DNA of 64,000 nucleotides from Eutreptiella sp. 'Long Island Sound 2002'. Its lineage: Eukaryota > Protista > Euglenida. Positions 61,701-64,000 of this stretch are shown piece after piece (the stretch's first letter is position 1; the number at the start of each line of letters is the position of its first letter). The DNA lies in contig OZ038378.1 in NCBI GenBank assembly GCA_964036045.1, positions 172,856,001-172,920,000 of the forward strand. Reading direction: 5' to 3'. The position numbers and the translations under genes are program-made. The notes under the pieces were generated by a model. That model was not told the origin of the DNA and did not search any database. It saw only the letters and a list, made by a program, of their open reading frames with translations.

Positions 61701-63505
61701 CGCTCGTGCCAAAATTGTTTTATGTAGAACACAAAGCCACATGCCCCCCCTCCCCCCCTGGCAAGTCACGCATTGGTGAGCTGGAGCCCATGGCCTTGTG
61801 TGACATTCACGTTGCTGGTTGTGGCGAGCACCTCCCAGCCTGGGGTCTTCGTGATGACCGCATACCAGGCACTGATCAGGCGGTCAGGGGAGGACGCCAT
61901 GGCCAGAAGTTGCATTCTGGATTCCCACCCAGGCAGGTGGATGCCCGCAGTAGTGCGGATGCCTGCTTGTCATAGCAGAAGGTTCAAGGGCGAGAGGCCA
62001 ATAGGCGCCGCCACAGGCTAACAGCGCCAACTACCAAGGCCTTGTGCCAACCCCCCCCCCTCCCCGGGGTGAGCAGCCAACCCCCTGCACCACCAAGCAT
62101 CGGCCGTCTACTGCCTGCTTGCACGCCTTCACGAAACACAAGCAAGTGCGTGAAACCGGAGGTACGAAACGCCCCTTTTCGTGCCTCTGTCCGTCGGGAA
62201 AGTGCGAGGCTATACGAGGCTGCTCGATGCACCCCTTCCTTTCTGGTACGACTGGTGAGGCCATCCCTTTCTGCCCCATCCTGTCCCAGCCTTGCGGGAC
62301 CGATTTGGTTTGTGCTCGGCAGGCAAGGTCCAGAAAACAAACGTAGGACAGGAGCACCCTCCCGTCAACCACTGCAACCACCACAAGAGGGCCTCCAGCA
62401 ACAATGGGATGCCCTCTCGGCAGACTCCCGGTATAGTGGGAGGACTACGGGCCGCTGTCCTGGTACAGCAGGACGCTGTCCCCGGACAGCGGGAGGCTCT
62501 CACAGTGCAATGGGTGGCCTCCAGGTGCGAGACTGGGGTTTTGTTTCAAAGGGGTCTACCCCCCCTTTTTTTCCAAAGCCCCAGATTTATTGCGCTTTTT
62601 TTTGTTGGAGTCCCCCCTTTTCAGCGCTCTCAAAATTTGGTACTCCTGCTGTGTGTTTAGGTTGAAGAAGAAGATTGATGATATGCGGCAGTTTGAGCAC
62701 CAAGCAGCCATTAAGATCCAGACCTACTACCGCATGCACAGGGCCAAGCCTGTCATTGCCCTCAAGTGGGAAGCCAGGTGATGTTCCTGCAAGGCTGATC
62801 ATGAAGATCGGCATCTTTTCATGCTTTTGCGTTTCCTGGTTTATGTTGCATGTCCTTTGACGCCTCTCCATTTAATGCACCCCACACAAAGTGACGCATC
62901 CCTGAAACGCAAGTCACGGGATGTGAAGGCCGCAGAGTGGGCCGAGTCGCATTTTCCATACCTGGTTCTGCTAGAGCACGATTTGAGGGGGGTCGAGGAG
63001 TTCTGTGCATGCTTTGCAGAACCGCAGGGTTATCCGTCCTCGCAGCGTTGTCATACCAAGCGACAGAGATTAGATACCACCCCATGGGCTGTGTTGAACC
63101 ACCTGAAGACATAATAATGAAGATGGAGATGTGGCGACTGCTCAACACCTGGCGTGTTTCGCACCCCCTTTTGGTCCCAGTAGGGACGTGGCCAACAGGT
63201 CAGGCGCCGGAAATTTTAGTGCCCCATTTGAAGGGGTTGGTAAAACCGGTCACCCCATGTGTTTATCCTCAAAATGCCGAGATTTTTTTGACAATTTTCT
63301 GTGGGCCCCCCAACTGGCAGGGGTTATGTCACCATTTCTGATGTCATCCCCCTGTTGGGGACCCCCGAGAAGGCAGGGGTTATGTCGGTTATGTTGGCAA
63401 GGAGGCAGAGTGGAAACCTCCGTTGTTGTATGCTAACCCCTTAGGCCACCGCGCCCCTGCCACTTTGTTCATAGCAAGGTTTATGAAGGCATCACGTCGC
63501 TATGA
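49738..63505 (+). CDS. Pro/Gln/Ser-rich protein with seven IQ-like motifs; exons 49738(or 49782)-50164, 52007-52224, 52966-53797, 54714-54882, 56778-57042, 59158-59330, 60038-60143, 60618-60811, 62661-62777, tentative last exon 63475-63505
   Basis: GT-AG introns with consistent phases (1,0,1,2,0,2,0,2,2). IQ motifs VVQTAYRIY, KVQACIRAW, CVQRAWRVY, TIQKYWKGCKAR, KLQAVWRY, LIQSGWRRY, KIQTYYRMHRAK. The first and last exons and the 57042 versus 57020 donor choice are uncertain. Confidence 0.85.
54009..54400. mobile_element. Fold-back/MITE in an IQ-gene intron
   Basis: Perfect 14-bp IR AGGGCTCAATTGAC (54069-54082 / 54318-54331), plus an outer imperfect IR CGGG.TTTCAAC-G9..TC.ATA.AGCC (54009-54040 / 54361-54400). 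Confidence 0.65.
55275..55624 (+). pseudogene. Acidic segment plus SAM-like domain fragment in an IQ-gene intron
   Basis: FWLAKYKPQLAVYEARLRHDGWDT*QSLRLMTANDMADLNVLPGPCCLLVDTLKDL* fits the SAM pattern WL....L..Y...F.....D....L...T..DL..L.I..G. In-frame TAG at 55526. Confidence 0.55.
57055..57612. repeat. (ACATCACTCT)n decamer minisatellite
   Basis: Dozens of degenerate TACATCACTC units. Confidence 0.92.
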
Positions 63506-64000
63506 GATGAACAACAAGGTTTCCTTGGGGGTGAGTGGACCGGGAGGTGGCTGCACAGGGTGTGTGGGTCCAAATATTCCCTGGACACTATGGCGGCTGG
63601 AAGAAGGGGGTGGTTTTTGGTCCATCCCCCCCCCCCCCTCTTCCAGGGGCCAAAATGATTAAGGGGTGTTGGGGTCAACGACTGCCCCTGGGCGCCCCCC
63701 ATGACGTCAGCCTCCAAAGAAGGAGATCTGGCGATGGCTGCCACCCAAGTTATCATGTCACACCCCCGCAGGGGCTGACTCCACGGGTCCTAGGACGCCA
63801 ACTACCCCCCCACCCCCCTCCCCCCCCGGCGAGAGTTGGTGTCCAAACCCGAGGAGTCGGCCCGAGGAGGGGTCACACCACTGTTTACATGGGCACACAT
63901 TCAATGACGGCCTCCAATCCCTCTCGAAGGCCAGTCGCCACCACGTACCATACAACATGCAAACCAGCGCCTTCTGCCTGGGCTATCTGCCTCCTGTCGT

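Overview
Eukaryotic, intron-rich, repeat-dense nuclear DNA. It is probably from a euglenozoan (euglenid-like) protist; this is inferred from a VIPER/TATE-type retroelement and the repeat style, and is not verified. Most ORF-track entries are artefacts of introns and repeats. By following GT-AG boundaries and reading phases I rebuilt four + strand protein-coding units: the 3' end of a PDZ protein (208-1530), a complete 7-blade WD40 plus coiled-coil protein (10537-18556), a TPR unit (40441-43778) and a Pro-rich 7xIQ unit (49738-63505). The TPR and IQ units can be spliced in frame and may be one 23-kb gene. Mobile DNA includes: (1) a 1.9-kb single-ORF IS5/PIF-Harbinger-like (DDE_Tnp_4) transposon with a C-terminal Zn finger, same-orientation subterminal motifs, an internal 3.2x170-bp array and a 0.57-kb non-autonomous relative 2 kb away; (2) a decayed gag-YR-RT tyrosine-recombinase retrotransposon (35.5-39.1 kb); (3) several MITEs of the form TA|C-run...G-run|TA; (4) cassettes bracketed by GCGGTGC microsatellites that carry domain fragments (Tudor-like, SAM-like); (5) several minisatellites. 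No rRNA, convincing tRNA or CRISPR array was seen.
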